Shown here one piece after another: positions 43,669 through 54,277 of a DNA stretch of 54,356 nt. The position numbers and the translations under genes are program-made. Every line of letters begins with the position of its first letter. Position 1 is the stretch's first letter. Below the pieces are notes generated by a model. That model had not been told where the DNA came from. It was given only the letters and a program-made list of their open reading frames with translations, and did no database searches. This DNA comes from a virus. Lineage: Duplodnaviria > Caudoviricetes. The stretch is taken from positions 1 through 54,356 of IMG/VR virus record IMGVR_UViG_3300035670_000272; one strand, written 5' to 3'.

Positions 43669-44387
43669 TGCCCACATTCCGTCACGGTAAGCGCACCGTA
43701 GTTCTGCTGAACGGGACCGACATGTCCCCGTTCTTGAATGAGGCTACGCAGACCCAGGAGATCGAGACTGCGGAGACTACGACCTTCGCGGATACGGACA
43801 AGACGTACATTACGGGACTAGGCGACGGGACGATCTCTACGAGCGGCCTCTTCGACGGAACCGCTAACGCTTCTAACGATGTCCTCACGGGCGCTATCGG
43901 GCAGGAAGATAACACCTTCACGGTGCTGCCGGAGGGCGCTACTGCCGGCGCGAGAAGCATCATCGCTAACGGCCAACTCACCTCCTACGAGGTCTCCTCA
44001 CCGGTCGGCGATGTTGTCGCTATCTCGGCAGAAGTTCAGGCCGATGGAGGGCTGTTCTCCGGGCGCGCTCTGAACGCTCTCACCAACACCGGAACTTCGG
44101 CATCGCTGACCGCTATCAACGACGGCGCAGCGACCGATGGTGGAGGCCTCTTCAACCTTCACGTTACGGCGAATACGCGCGACGGCGCATCCACCGTCAA
44201 GGTCCAGCACTCAGCGGATAACGCAACCTGGGCGGACCTCGTCATATTCTCTTCCGTTAGCGCGAGCAGCACGGCGGGAGAGAGCATCACCAGCACGGGC
44301 ACGGTGAATCAGTATCTCCGTGCAACGCACACCCTCGCCGGATCGTCCGGCTCCATCACCTACCACGTTTCGGCAGCAAGGAGATAA
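43665..44387 (+). CDS. Tail tube-like protein, long paralogue with C-terminal extension
   Basis: N-terminal half strongly similar to the 44390..44818 product. Confidence 0.75.
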   Translation: MMPTFRHGKRTVVLLNGTDMSPFLNEATQTQEIETAETTTFADTDKTYITGLGDGTISTSGLFDGTANASNDVLTGAIGQEDNTFTVLPEGATAGARSIIANGQLTSYEVSSPVGDVVAISAEVQADGGLFSGRALNALTNTGTSASLTAINDGAATDGGGLFNLHVTANTRDGASTVKVQHSADNATWADLVIFSSVSASSTAGESITSTGTVNQYLRATHTLAGSSGSITYHVSAARR

Positions 44388-44389
44388 CT

Positions 44390-44818
44390 GTGCCTACCTT
44401 CAAGCATGGCAAGAACGCCTACTTCGCGCTCGACGGCACCGCCGCGAGCCTCGTGAACATCAGCGACACCCTGAACGAGATCTCGATGCCGCGTGAGATC
44501 GAGACGGCAGAGACGACCGCGTTCGGTCAGAACGACAAGACCTACATCACGGGCCTCGGCGACGCCACGATCTCGCTCTCCGGCATGTTCGACGCCACGG
44601 TCGATACGCAGATTGCCGGAAATATCGCCAACCTGAAGTCCGGTTCGGTGTCCAGCCTCTCGTTCGAGTACGGTCCTGCCGGTTCCGCGTCGGCCCAGCC
44701 GAAGTTCACGGGCGAGGCGCTCATCACTTCGTACGAGGTGTCGTCCCCGGTCGGTGATGTCGTCACCTACTCGCTCGAACTTCAGGTCACGGGCGGCGTT
44801 ACCGGCACCACGTTCTGA
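44390..44818 (+). CDS. Major tail tube protein
   Basis: ETTAFG...KTYITGLGD..ISLSG.FD...YEVSSPVGDVV; upstream of the chaperone and TMP. Confidence 0.85.
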   Translation: MPTFKHGKNAYFALDGTAASLVNISDTLNEISMPREIETAETTAFGQNDKTYITGLGDATISLSGMFDATVDTQIAGNIANLKSGSVSSLSFEYGPAGSASAQPKFTGEALITSYEVSSPVGDVVTYSLELQVTGGVTGTTF

Positions 44819-44874
44819 CGCACGGTTCAGTAACTTCCACGTTCCCTCGTGGACCAACCCAAGGAGTAACGGTA

Positions 44875-45264
44875 ATGGCTAGTTTGCGTGACAAGATCTT
44901 CGCAGCACAGGACATCCCGACCGAGGTAGTGACCATCCCCGAGTGGGGAGTCGATGTTCTCGTTCGTGGCATGAGCGCAGGCGACCGCATCACCCTGATG
45001 CAGAACGCCTTCGACCAGACCACGCAGCAAGTGAACATGAGCATCGTCTACCCGGACGTTGTCGTGTCGTGCACGTTCGACCCGGAGAGCAACGAGCCGG
45101 TGTTCACGACCGCTGACAAGGACGCGATCCTGGCGAAGTCAAGCGCAGCAGTCGAGCGCCTAGCGAATGTCGGCCTTCGACTGTCCGGTATCGGCAAGGA
45201 AGAGCAGGACGCGGCGGGAAAAGATTCCTCCAAGTCCCCGAACGACGATTCATCTTCGAAATAG
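44875..45264 (+). CDS. Tail assembly chaperone (gpG-like)
   Basis: EVVTIPEWG..V.VRGM; located before the TMP; slippery site near its end. Confidence 0.85.
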   Translation: MASLRDKIFAAQDIPTEVVTIPEWGVDVLVRGMSAGDRITLMQNAFDQTTQQVNMSIVYPDVVVSCTFDPESNEPVFTTADKDAILAKSSAAVERLANVGLRLSGIGKEEQDAAGKDSSKSPNDDSSSK

Positions 45265-45410
45265 CACAGCGGTTGGGGAGGACGGTGGATGAACTCCTAC
45301 TTGGAGGCCCAGGCCACCGTCCTCTCACTTCCGCAGAACTGACGGAGTGGATCGCGCTAGAGCACTTGCGGGTCTGGGAGCAGGAACAGGCCTCGAAGAA
45401 GAAGAGGTGA
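45216..45410 (+). other. -1 programmed frameshift (G GGA AAA) and gpGT-like extension
   Basis: GGGAAAA at 45216-45222; the -1 frame reads RFLQVPERRFIFEIAQRLGRTVDEL...SAELTEWIA...* to 45410. Confidence 0.8.
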
Positions 45411-45414
45411 ACGC

Positions 45415-48400
45415 ATGGCGGTAGCAACACAGGTCGTCGCCAAGTTCACCGCCGACATCAGCGATGTCCAGAGCAAGATGGCGCTCGCTCGCGGAGCCTT
45501 TGGCACCGTATCCGAGGCCGCGTCGTTCTCTAGCAAGCGTATCGCCGAGGTCGGCGACGCTATGGCTAACGTCGGCAAGAAGATGACGGTCGGCATCACC
45601 CTACCTTTGGGTGGTGTAGCGGCTGCCGCGAGTACGGCAGCGATCTCGTTCGAGCAAAGCATGAACAAGATCATCGGCCTGGTCGGTATCGCGTCTGAGG
45701 AAGTCGCCATGATGGGCGACGAGGTCCTGCAAATGGCGACCAACGTCGGAAAGTCACCCGACGAACTCGCTAACGGCCTGTTCGTTGTGACCTCCGCGGG
45801 CCTGCGCGGGTCCGAAGCGATGGCTGCCTTGGCTAATGCGTCGAAGGCTGGCGCGGCTGGACTCGGCGAAACGAACGATATCGCTCGCGCTGTCGCCGGA
45901 ACCCTGTCTGCTTACGGCTCGGAAGTGATCTCCGCGTCGGAAGCGACCGACGCTATCGTCGCTACGGCTCGCGCAGGTAACTTTGAGACGAGCCAGTTCG
46001 CTGCCGCGATCGGTCGGGTGCTGCCTTTCGCGAAGCAGGCAGGCGCTTCATTCCAAGATATGGGCGGCGCTGTCGCGCTTCTGACCCGTGTGAACGGCGA
46101 TGCGGCGCAATCTGTGACTCAGATGCAGGCATTGTTCCGCGCTTTCGTCGTCCCGACCGAGGAAGCGAAGACTGCGCTCGATGAGGTTGGCCTGAGCGCT
46201 CAGGATCTCCGCGACTCGATCGCCGCGAAGGGACTCCCGGCTACCCTGACGATGCTAGATAAGGCTCTCGGTGGCAACCGGGAGCAGTTGGGTAGGCTGC
46301 TTGGCTCGTCTGAGGCTGCGTCAGCAGCGTTCCAGATCCTCGACTCTGACGCTAAAACGATCAACGAGACCTTCGGGGTCGTCGCTGGCAGCGCTGGAAT
46401 GACGGCAGAGGCGTTCCTTGCCGCCTCTCAGACGACGCAGTTCCAGATGAATCAGGCGATGATGCAGTTGAAGGCGACTCTCATCGGCCTGGGTGAGCAG
46501 TTCCTACCGATTATCAAGAGTGTCGCTGACTTCGCAGCCGCAAACATGAGAGCCTTCAGTTCGCTGCCGGGTCCGATCAAGACGTTCATTACGGCGTTCG
46601 CGGGTATTCTCGCTGTGATTGGTCCACTTCTGTTCATTGTCGGCAAGTTGATCGTCGTCTTCTCCGGCCTGCTGTCCGTGATGCTGAAGATGAAGGCCAT
46701 TGGCGCGATGCGACTCGCGTTCGCGCAGTTGCGCGGAGAAATGGCCGCGACCAGGGCCAGCATGAAGCAGACCCAGACATCTATCGGGATGCTCGGGACC
46801 GCCGCTAATCAGGCAAAGGTGACTGTCGTAGCGTCGTTCAAGGCTATTGGTATTGCCGCAAAGGGTCTTCTAGGGAGTCTTGGGCCTATCGGCATCGCGA
46901 TGATCGCTGTTGGCGCGGCGTTCGAGATCTTTGTCGGTCAGGCAGCAGGGGCGCAGCATCACATCGCTAATTTGCGGGACGAGATCGACCTCACCACGGG
47001 CAAGATGACTGAGGCTGCGAAGATCTTTATCGCCTCAGAACTCCGTACCAACATCAGCCAGGAAGATCTGGCGATGATGGAGAACTACGGTATCTCTATC
47101 TCTGGCTTTATCGCGGCGTTGGAGCAGGGCGGCCCCGCGCTTGATGCGTACCGAGACAAGTTCGCGCAAATGCAGCAGGCCCAATCGGAGATGGGCGGTC
47201 TGTTCGGGACCGGATTTGCCAACGTAGGAACCGTCAACTCCGTCAATACGATCGTTGAGACTCTTGACGGCATGATCGGATACTACGATCAGGCGAAGCA
47301 GGCTGCCGCCGATGCAGCCGCAGCACAAGTGGACGGTGCTGTTGCCGCTTCTGACGCACAGCGCGGCATGATGGAGTCGTACAGGGCTACGGCGCAGGAG
47401 CAGCGAGCGATCGCGGCAGGGACCGCGTCTGACGGCACCCTCATGCAGAACGTCATCGACACGACTGCGGCTGCCGTGCGTGGCCTACGCGATGCCTTCT
47501 CCGAACTGAATGACATAGTGAGTGACATTCGCGCGGAGGACGCCGCAAAGGATGCCTACGCTGCCCTAACTGCCAGTATCAAGGAGAACGGGGACGGTTT
47601 CCGCCGAACAACCGAGGAGCAGCGTGCCAACCGCGACGCACTCCTCGACTACATCGACGCACAGGTCGCGTTCGCTGAGTCTCTTGATGAGCCGCAGAAG
47701 CAGTTGGCTGCCTTGCAGCAGTTGGAGAAGGATACGAAGGCCGCGCTGAAGGCCGGTGGCGTCAAGGCTAAGGACTCCGCGATCTATCAGAGCGTCCGTG
47801 ACGCGGTTGATGAAGCCGAGAAGAAGGTCGGCGACATGAAGACCGCCGTGAAGGATGCGGAGAAGAAGGGTCTGGACGTATCCGAGGCGATCGCTACGGG
47901 TATTGAGCAGGGCATGAGCCAGCAGGAGGCCACCCTGAACGCTGCCGGTGCCGCCGCTGGCGACTTCACCGCAGAGGGACTGAACACCGCTCTCGGCATC
48001 TCCTCACCCTCCCGTGTCGCCATGGACGCCGGACGCAACACGGGCCTTGGCTTGATCCAAGGCTTGAATCAGATGCGTGCCGCTGCCGAGGGCGCTGGCA
48101 TGAACGTCGGCGCGAACGTGGTGCGCGGTATGCTGACCTCTCTGAATAACGGACAGGGTCCGGTTGCTTCTGCCGCGCGTGCGATCGTCGCCGCCGCGAT
48201 CGCCGCAGCACGAGACGAGTCGCAGGAAGGCTCCCCCTCTAAGGTGTTCATGGGTATCGGACGCAACATGGTCCTCGGCCTCGCAAGAGGCATCACCTAT
48301 GAGATCCCACTTGCCAAGGGCGCGGGAAGCAAACTCGCCAACTCCCTCATCACGGCCTTCCGCGAGGCGATGGAAGACAACTCAGGCTCCGTCGCTGGCG

Positions 48401-50190
48401 CGATCAATCAGGTGTTCGGGTCGATCCCGACCAAGACCCCGCTCGAAATGCAGTTGGGTGTCAAGGGTGCCGAGAAGTTCATCAAGGACAACAAGAAGGC
48501 ACTCATGGCGCTCGTCGAACTCGGCGAAGCGATCGACCTCATTAACGCGAAGGTGCAGTATGCGGGGCAGGCTTTCGCGTCGCTCGGCGAGTTGGTCGCT
48601 CGCCCGTTCGGACGCGAGTCGGCGATCTCGGAAATGTTCGGCAGCGAAGCCGACATCGACAGGGTCATTGACGGTTTCCTGTCTATCCGGGATCAGGTCA
48701 AGCAGGCATACTCGGTCCTGACTGATGCTTCTATCGTTGGGGCGAAGGCTGCTGCGCGTAACCGCGCAGAGATGTACAAGACAATCGGCGCTCTGCGTAG
48801 CCTGACGGATCAGGCAATCGGACTCCGTGAGCAGTACGACACCGTTATGTCGGAACTAGATGCGCTAGAGAAGGGCTATCAGAAGTCTGTAGCCGACACA
48901 AACAAGTTCTATGACGACGCTGACAAGGCTGCACAGGAGAACATCAAGGCGATTGAGGAGCGCTGGGCCAAGGCTATCCCCGGCCTAGAGGCTGCGCTCA
49001 AGACCGCGACAGAGGCATTCGATAAGGAGAACGCTGTTCTGCAGAGGCTCATCGGGGAGCGCGACCAGTTCGTCGATCAAATCAAATCCGGGTTCCGCTC
49101 ATTCGTCAATAGCCTGTCCTTCGAGTCTCGTTCGGCATCTAAGCAGATTGTGAAGGAAACAAAGCGCCTGGCAGACGGCATAACGGTAACGCTAGAGCGT
49201 GAGTTGGAGATTGGCGGTGGCCCTGCGTCTATCCGGCAGACGCTGGAAGAGCGACTTGCTGCCGTGCGTGACTTCTCGCGCAACATTCGTACCCTCATGC
49301 AGCGTGGCCTTGATCCTTCTCTGGTTCAGGATTTCGTTTCGGCAGGTGTGTCCGGTGCTGGTGACGCTGCTGCCGCGCTCGCAGCCGGCTCGCAGGACGA
49401 CATCTCCGCGATCAACACGGTTCAGTCGCAACTGCTGGCAGAGTCCGAGGACTTCGGGAAGTACGCTGCTGCTCAATGGCATGACATCGGGATCGCCCAG
49501 CAGCAGGCTCTCGTTACTCCGCTGCAGATCGCTAAGGATGCCGCGCAGACAGCGCTCAATGAAGCAAATAAGTTGCGTGATGAGGAACTAGCCGCAGCGC
49601 GTAAGCAGTTGGAGACGTTGCAGACTCAGCGCACCGAGGCCTTGGCAAAGTTGGAGTCCGACTATAACGCGAAGAAGGCGGAACTTCAGGCTCGGGCTAA
49701 CGAGTTGCAGACGCAGATGGATACTGTCGCTGCGCAGATCGAAGAGAAGATCCTGACGATCCTGAACACGACCGCTGTGAAGAGCGCAGAAGCCGGGATG
49801 AAGGCAGGTCAGCAACTCCTCGAAGGTTTCCGTAAGGAGTATCCGAAGGTCTATGACCAACTGAACCGGCTTATGAATCAGTTGGCGGCCTCTCTAACGA
49901 GGACGGCGACAGTCACGGTGAAGGCTGTGTATGACGCTACTGTGCCTGTCCAGGCAGCGGGTAGGGGTTCTGTTCGCACACGGGCGGCGTTCACACCTGA
50001 TCCGACTCGGGTGAATGTGGGTACGGTTTCGGTGCCCGTCTCGTCCCCGGCTGCTACGGGCGGCACGAATAACGTGTACCAGATTACGGTGAACGCGGGT
50101 GTGGGTGATCCGCGCGAGATCGGCAGGGTGACGGTCGAAGCGATCAAGGCTTACGAACGTTCTAACGGTCGCGTGTTTGCGAGCGCCTAA
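45415..50190 (+). CDS. Tape measure protein
   Basis: 1591 aa, Ala-rich helical; TP901-type TMP core; SPSRV/SPSKVF repeats. Confidence 0.95.
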   Translation: MAVATQVVAKFTADISDVQSKMALARGAFGTVSEAASFSSKRIAEVGDAMANVGKKMTVGITLPLGGVAAAASTAAISFEQSMNKIIGLVGIASEEVAMMGDEVLQMATNVGKSPDELANGLFVVTSAGLRGSEAMAALANASKAGAAGLGETNDIARAVAGTLSAYGSEVISASEATDAIVATARAGNFETSQFAAAIGRVLPFAKQAGASFQDMGGAVALLTRVNGDAAQSVTQMQALFRAFVVPTEEAKTALDEVGLSAQDLRDSIAAKGLPATLTMLDKALGGNREQLGRLLGSSEAASAAFQILDSDAKTINETFGVVAGSAGMTAEAFLAASQTTQFQMNQAMMQLKATLIGLGEQFLPIIKSVADFAAANMRAFSSLPGPIKTFITAFAGILAVIGPLLFIVGKLIVVFSGLLSVMLKMKAIGAMRLAFAQLRGEMAATRASMKQTQTSIGMLGTAANQAKVTVVASFKAIGIAAKGLLGSLGPIGIAMIAVGAAFEIFVGQAAGAQHHIANLRDEIDLTTGKMTEAAKIFIASELRTNISQEDLAMMENYGISISGFIAALEQGGPALDAYRDKFAQMQQAQSEMGGLFGTGFANVGTVNSVNTIVETLDGMIGYYDQAKQAAADAAAAQVDGAVAASDAQRGMMESYRATAQEQRAIAAGTASDGTLMQNVIDTTAAAVRGLRDAFSELNDIVSDIRAEDAAKDAYAALTASIKENGDGFRRTTEEQRANRDALLDYIDAQVAFAESLDEPQKQLAALQQLEKDTKAALKAGGVKAKDSAIYQSVRDAVDEAEKKVGDMKTAVKDAEKKGLDVSEAIATGIEQGMSQQEATLNAAGAAAGDFTAEGLNTALGISSPSRVAMDAGRNTGLGLIQGLNQMRAAAEGAGMNVGANVVRGMLTSLNNGQGPVASAARAIVAAAIAAARDESQEGSPSKVFMGIGRNMVLGLARGITYEIPLAKGAGSKLANSLITAFREAMEDNSGSVAGAINQVFGSIPTKTPLEMQLGVKGAEKFIKDNKKALMALVELGEAIDLINAKVQYAGQAFASLGELVARPFGRESAISEMFGSEADIDRVIDGFLSIRDQVKQAYSVLTDASIVGAKAAARNRAEMYKTIGALRSLTDQAIGLREQYDTVMSELDALEKGYQKSVADTNKFYDDADKAAQENIKAIEERWAKAIPGLEAALKTATEAFDKENAVLQRLIGERDQFVDQIKSGFRSFVNSLSFESRSASKQIVKETKRLADGITVTLERELEIGGGPASIRQTLEERLAAVRDFSRNIRTLMQRGLDPSLVQDFVSAGVSGAGDAAAALAAGSQDDISAINTVQSQLLAESEDFGKYAAAQWHDIGIAQQQALVTPLQIAKDAAQTALNEANKLRDEELAAARKQLETLQTQRTEALAKLESDYNAKKAELQARANELQTQMDTVAAQIEEKILTILNTTAVKSAEAGMKAGQQLLEGFRKEYPKVYDQLNRLMNQLAASLTRTATVTVKAVYDATVPVQAAGRGSVRTRAAFTPDPTRVNVGTVSVPVSSPAATGGTNNVYQITVNAGVGDPREIGRVTVEAIKAYERSNGRVFASA

Positions 50191-51488
50191 TGTCTCTGAC
50201 TGTCCGTATCGGTTTCGACCTTTCCGCTATCGGTGACCCGACGCTGTTCACGTTGGATGACCCGGTACAGGGCGAGTTGGATTCGGCGTATGTGTTGGGC
50301 GGGACTCTATTCCAAGATGTTACGTCGTATGTGCGTGGGTTGAGTGTGCGGCGTGGTAGGTCACGCAGGTTGGACAAGTTCCAGACAGGAACCGCCACAG
50401 TCACACTAGACAACACAGGCAGAGTGTTCGACCCGGAGTATTCCGGTTCACCCTATGCTGGGCAGATTCAGCCACGCCGCCCGATACAGATAACTGACGG
50501 GGTTAACTTCCTGTTCGTTGGGCTGATCGAAGATTGGAACCTTGACTATTCGCTGAACCGTGACAGCATCGCTACCGCTCTGTGCGTGGATGGGTTCACT
50601 CTGCTGGCGTCGTCGGAACTGGCAGGGTTTACCGCGTCGGCTACGTTGCCGGGTGCGCGTATCTCTGAGGTTTTGGACCGCCCAGAAGTATCGTGGCCTG
50701 CGGGTTCTCGCGATATCGCGTCGGGTACGCAGCAGTTGCAGACCGATACGGTTAATGAGGGCACCGGGGTTCTCAACTACTTGCAGATCGTGGAGGAAAC
50801 GGAAGCGGGTGCCCTGTTTGTGGGATCGGACGGGGTGCTTACGTTTAAGGGTAGCAACACTCCGGCTGCTGCTTACACAGAGTACGTATTCACTAACACT
50901 AACGAAGGCGTGGATACTCCGTACGATTCGGCATCCGTCAGTTATGACAGTCTCACTACCGCCTACGCCTTTGACGCTATCGACGGAACGTACATTCCGT
51001 TTAATGACATAGGTGTCGAGTATGGTACTGAGACTTTGCATAACCGTGTTGTGGTAGGGCGTGTGAATAGCGCGACAGTCGCGACCGCTGACGACACGAC
51101 AAGTCAAGCAGCGTTCGGTGTATCTACTTTGTCGCGCACAGGTTTGTTGTTCTCGTCGGATGATCAGTTGTCTCCTATGGCTGAATACCTAGTGAACCGT
51201 TACGGCACTCCGCAGGTTCGCATCCGTAGCGTCGGCGTAGACGTAGGCAACAGCGTCTATAAGTCTGAATTGTTGGGTTTGGATTTCGGTGATGTTGTAC
51301 GCGTCCGGTTCACGCCTAACGGCATAGGCGACCCGATAGATCAGTTCCTAACGATTGAGGGTGTATCGCACGAGATCACCCCGTCACGGCATCAGATGAC
51401 GTTCCAGTTTGAGCGCATCACATACTTCCCGTTCGAACTGGACTCAAGCGATTACGGTATCCTTGACACTAATGTTTTGGGATTGTGA
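50190..51488 (+). CDS. Minor tail protein
   Basis: DVTSYVR...RRGR...G.A...LDN..R.FDP; directly after the TMP. Confidence 0.75.
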   Translation: MSLTVRIGFDLSAIGDPTLFTLDDPVQGELDSAYVLGGTLFQDVTSYVRGLSVRRGRSRRLDKFQTGTATVTLDNTGRVFDPEYSGSPYAGQIQPRRPIQITDGVNFLFVGLIEDWNLDYSLNRDSIATALCVDGFTLLASSELAGFTASATLPGARISEVLDRPEVSWPAGSRDIASGTQQLQTDTVNEGTGVLNYLQIVEETEAGALFVGSDGVLTFKGSNTPAAAYTEYVFTNTNEGVDTPYDSASVSYDSLTTAYAFDAIDGTYIPFNDIGVEYGTETLHNRVVVGRVNSATVATADDTTSQAAFGVSTLSRTGLLFSSDDQLSPMAEYLVNRYGTPQVRIRSVGVDVGNSVYKSELLGLDFGDVVRVRFTPNGIGDPIDQFLTIEGVSHEITPSRHQMTFQFERITYFPFELDSSDYGILDTNVLGL

Positions 51489-51494
51489 GGGCTA

Positions 51495-52019
51495 ATGGCT
51501 GGCGCAGGCAAAAAGACTTTCGTTGCAGGTGATGTGCTCACCGCATCGGACGTTAATTCCTATCTGATGGATCAGAGTGTGATGCGTTTTGCCACGGCAT
51601 CGGCTAGGTCTAGTGCGCTGCCCTCGCCATCTGAGGGAATGGTCACATACCTTGACGATACAAACGTCGTAGAGGTCTATGATGGTTCATCATGGGTTAG
51701 CGTTGCGGGTGACGAAATCCCATACGCACAGTATGCGACACGCGTTATTGCGCCGCTTGGATTCTCGTTAGGTCCGGGTGATGGGATTACTACGGCGGCT
51801 ACCATTACTTTCCCCACCGGACGGTTTAGCGTTGCGCCTATTTGTTTCACCACTCCGGTTAGCAATGGCGCTGGATCGTATCGTTTGATGTATACACCGG
51901 ACCCTAGCGCGTCGGCGGTCACGGTGTATGTATCGAACGCTAACATTTCGGCGTCAGTTGCAAGCGTGGCGTTCGCGCTCACGGCGATTCAGATGACCTC
52001 AGGGAGTGCGGCAGGATGA
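51495..52019 (+). CDS. Minor tail protein
   Basis: KTFVAGDVLTASDVN.YLM...EGM..YL.D....EVYDGS.W. Confidence 0.7.
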   Translation: MAGAGKKTFVAGDVLTASDVNSYLMDQSVMRFATASARSSALPSPSEGMVTYLDDTNVVEVYDGSSWVSVAGDEIPYAQYATRVIAPLGFSLGPGDGITTAATITFPTGRFSVAPICFTTPVSNGAGSYRLMYTPDPSASAVTVYVSNANISASVASVAFALTAIQMTSGSAAG

Positions 52020-52195
52020 GCGAACCTACACCTTCATATGATCATGTAGCAGAGTGCTCTAGTTTGTGCTTGCGTCCACCATGCCCGAATGAAGGAATTG
52101 TCTACGATGTTCCATCATTGGACGGGCGTATCTCGCAGATGATTTGCGGAACATGCGGCGTAAACTTCACGGCTAACGTCGTCCCGAAGGAGTAG
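52016..52195 (+). CDS. Small Cys-rich protein (59 aa, not in ORF track)
   Basis: ATGA overlap; C...CPN...CGTC. Confidence 0.5.
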   Translation: MSEPTPSYDHVAECSSLCLRPPCPNEGIVYDVPSLDGRISQMICGTCGVNFTANVVPKE

Positions 52196-52199
52196 GCAA

Positions 52200-52676
52200 A
52201 TGGGCAGCAGCGTTTATCCTAACTCTCTTGATGACTTTGCCGAGGCATCACCTACTAATTTGGGTGACGCCGATTCTACGGGCAGAACTCATAGCGAGCG
52301 GCACGACGATATCGAATCCGCTATGGAAGCCGTACAGGGCGAGTTGGGCACGAATCCCGCAGGTTCCGCGTCTACCGTTTCTGCTCGCTTGGATAATGTT
52401 GACACTACCGTTAGCAACTTGATTTCCGCATCAGCGGTCACGGCTTCTCTCTCTGCAATTCAGTCAGATGTGGACTCTAAGATCGCCGCTTCCGCTTTCA
52501 CGGCAGCAGGCGATTTGCTGGTAGGCGCTGGTTCCGCATCTGTGGGTACGCTAGCAATTGGCAGTAACTCTACGGTTCTCACGGTAGACACAAATGAACC
52601 GTTTAAGGTGAAGTGGGCACCCCCGGCAACGGTGGAAGATACTACAATTAACCCGTTTCTGTTGATGGGAGCATGA
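52200..52676 (+). CDS. Tail-associated structural protein
   Basis: YPNSLD, ELGTNPAGS, GDLLVG; ends INPFLLMGA. Confidence 0.65.
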   Translation: MGSSVYPNSLDDFAEASPTNLGDADSTGRTHSERHDDIESAMEAVQGELGTNPAGSASTVSARLDNVDTTVSNLISASAVTASLSAIQSDVDSKIAASAFTAAGDLLVGAGSASVGTLAIGSNSTVLTVDTNEPFKVKWAPPATVEDTTINPFLLMGA

Positions 52677-52679
52677 CTC

Positions 52680-53009
52680 ATGGCTATTAACTACAAAGTG
52701 TTGGGCCAGTCTGCCCCATCCGCGACAACGCCTACCGCTCTTTACACGGTTCCTTCCGCGACTGAAACTGTCGTTTCGACATTGTTCGTGTGTAATCGTG
52801 GGGTAACTGCTGGAACGTTCCGTATCTCTGTGCGACCGGACGGCGCTACGCAAGCCGATGAGCATTACATCGCTTACGATATTTCTATCGACGCTAACGC
52901 CACTATCCCGTTCACTACTGGTATCACTATCGACGCGTCAGATGTTTTGACTGTGTATGCGTCCACGGGTGATATGTCGTTCTCTGCGTTCGGATCGGAG
53001 ATCACCTGA
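52680..53009 (+). CDS. Tail-associated structural protein
   Basis: YKVLGQSAPSATT...LYTVP...SFSAFGSEIT. Confidence 0.65.
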   Translation: MAINYKVLGQSAPSATTPTALYTVPSATETVVSTLFVCNRGVTAGTFRISVRPDGATQADEHYIAYDISIDANATIPFTTGITIDASDVLTVYASTGDMSFSAFGSEIT

Positions 53010-54277
53010 TGAGTATTGAGCAGATTCCTGCGCGTCAGGCGGCTGCTGGCGGTGCGGTTGTTTCGTGGAATCCTGTTCCCGCTACTGGAACTTACGCGTT
53101 GCAGGATTCTCTTGACGCTGGACTCTATCGTGTCGTAACGGATACTACGCAGAGCATTGCATCAGCGAGCGTAAAGATTCTAGGATCATCCGGTTATCAG
53201 TTCGGTAGTATCGCTATTCGCGGTGGATTGGGTTATGTGGCGGTTGGGGATACGGCTGCTTCATTCACGGTGAGCGCAGGAACATTCCCGCTGCTGATTG
53301 GGTTTGAGAAGTTGGATACATACGCGCTGCGTAGTGCCCCGACGAATGTGTCTGTCGATTACACAAGCGCGTCAGCGCCGTACACCTTCACCGCGACCTA
53401 CACTCCCCCTGCTGGCGCGGCGAGCATCGGCATCTACTGGCCCAATGGCACGTTCACGAACTATGGTGCGGCTAGCGGATCGTTCTCCGGTTCACTTGTT
53501 GGCATTACTCCGGTTAGTGGTTCTACCGTGTCGTTCATTATTGCCGCTAGTGACGCTAATGGAATCTTTGGTATCGGCGCTTCCGCGTCTGACCCTTATC
53601 CGTATTATGTGTTCACAACATCGGGCACGTACACTCCTCCTGTTGGTAGCAGTTACGCAGATGTTTGGGTTGCTGGCGGCGGTGGCGCAGGGGGTGGCGC
53701 AACAAGTAGTTACACTAAGGGCGGTGGCGGCGCAGCCGGAACCCTAGTCTATTCAGCCTCAGTTTCCACTAGCGGTTCTGTATCTGTGACTATTGGCTCC
53801 GGTGGAACTCCTAACGCAAGTGGCAATGGTGGGGCTGGTGGATCGTCAAGTTTCGGTGGCGTGTCGGCAGGCGGTGGCCTAGGCGGTGGAGTTAGCGGCG
53901 CTAACGGTCAAAACGGTGAAGTTGGCAGCGGCGCAGGATCACCTAACAAGACTGGTGGAACGGCAACTATTGGCTTTGCTGGCGGTAACTCTACATACAA
54001 CGCTGGCGGCGGCGGTGGAATGTCGGCGTCTGGCGGCACAGGCGGGAACGGCACCCAAAATGGGTTCACCCCTGGCGGCAGCGGCTCTGTTACCCTTGGC
54101 TATTTGATTTCACAAGGTGGTAGCGGCGGCGCGCGTTTCGGTGGCACAGGAACTAACTATTCGTCACAAGCGCCTACGTCCGTTGCTGGTGGCGGCGGTG
54201 GCGCGAGCAAGACAACAGGCGCGAACGTAGCAGGCGCTAGCGGATCACACGGCATTGTGATTGTGAAGGCACTTTAA
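53009..54277 (+). CDS. Glycine-rich tail fibre/adhesin-like protein
   Basis: FTTSGT...VAGGGGAGG glycine-rich domain; ends GIVIVKAL. Confidence 0.75.
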   Translation: MSIEQIPARQAAAGGAVVSWNPVPATGTYALQDSLDAGLYRVVTDTTQSIASASVKILGSSGYQFGSIAIRGGLGYVAVGDTAASFTVSAGTFPLLIGFEKLDTYALRSAPTNVSVDYTSASAPYTFTATYTPPAGAASIGIYWPNGTFTNYGAASGSFSGSLVGITPVSGSTVSFIIAASDANGIFGIGASASDPYPYYVFTTSGTYTPPVGSSYADVWVAGGGGAGGGATSSYTKGGGGAAGTLVYSASVSTSGSVSVTIGSGGTPNASGNGGAGGSSSFGGVSAGGGLGGGVSGANGQNGEVGSGAGSPNKTGGTATIGFAGGNSTYNAGGGGGMSASGGTGGNGTQNGFTPGGSGSVTLGYLISQGGSGGARFGGTGTNYSSQAPTSVAGGGGGASKTTGANVAGASGSHGIVIVKAL

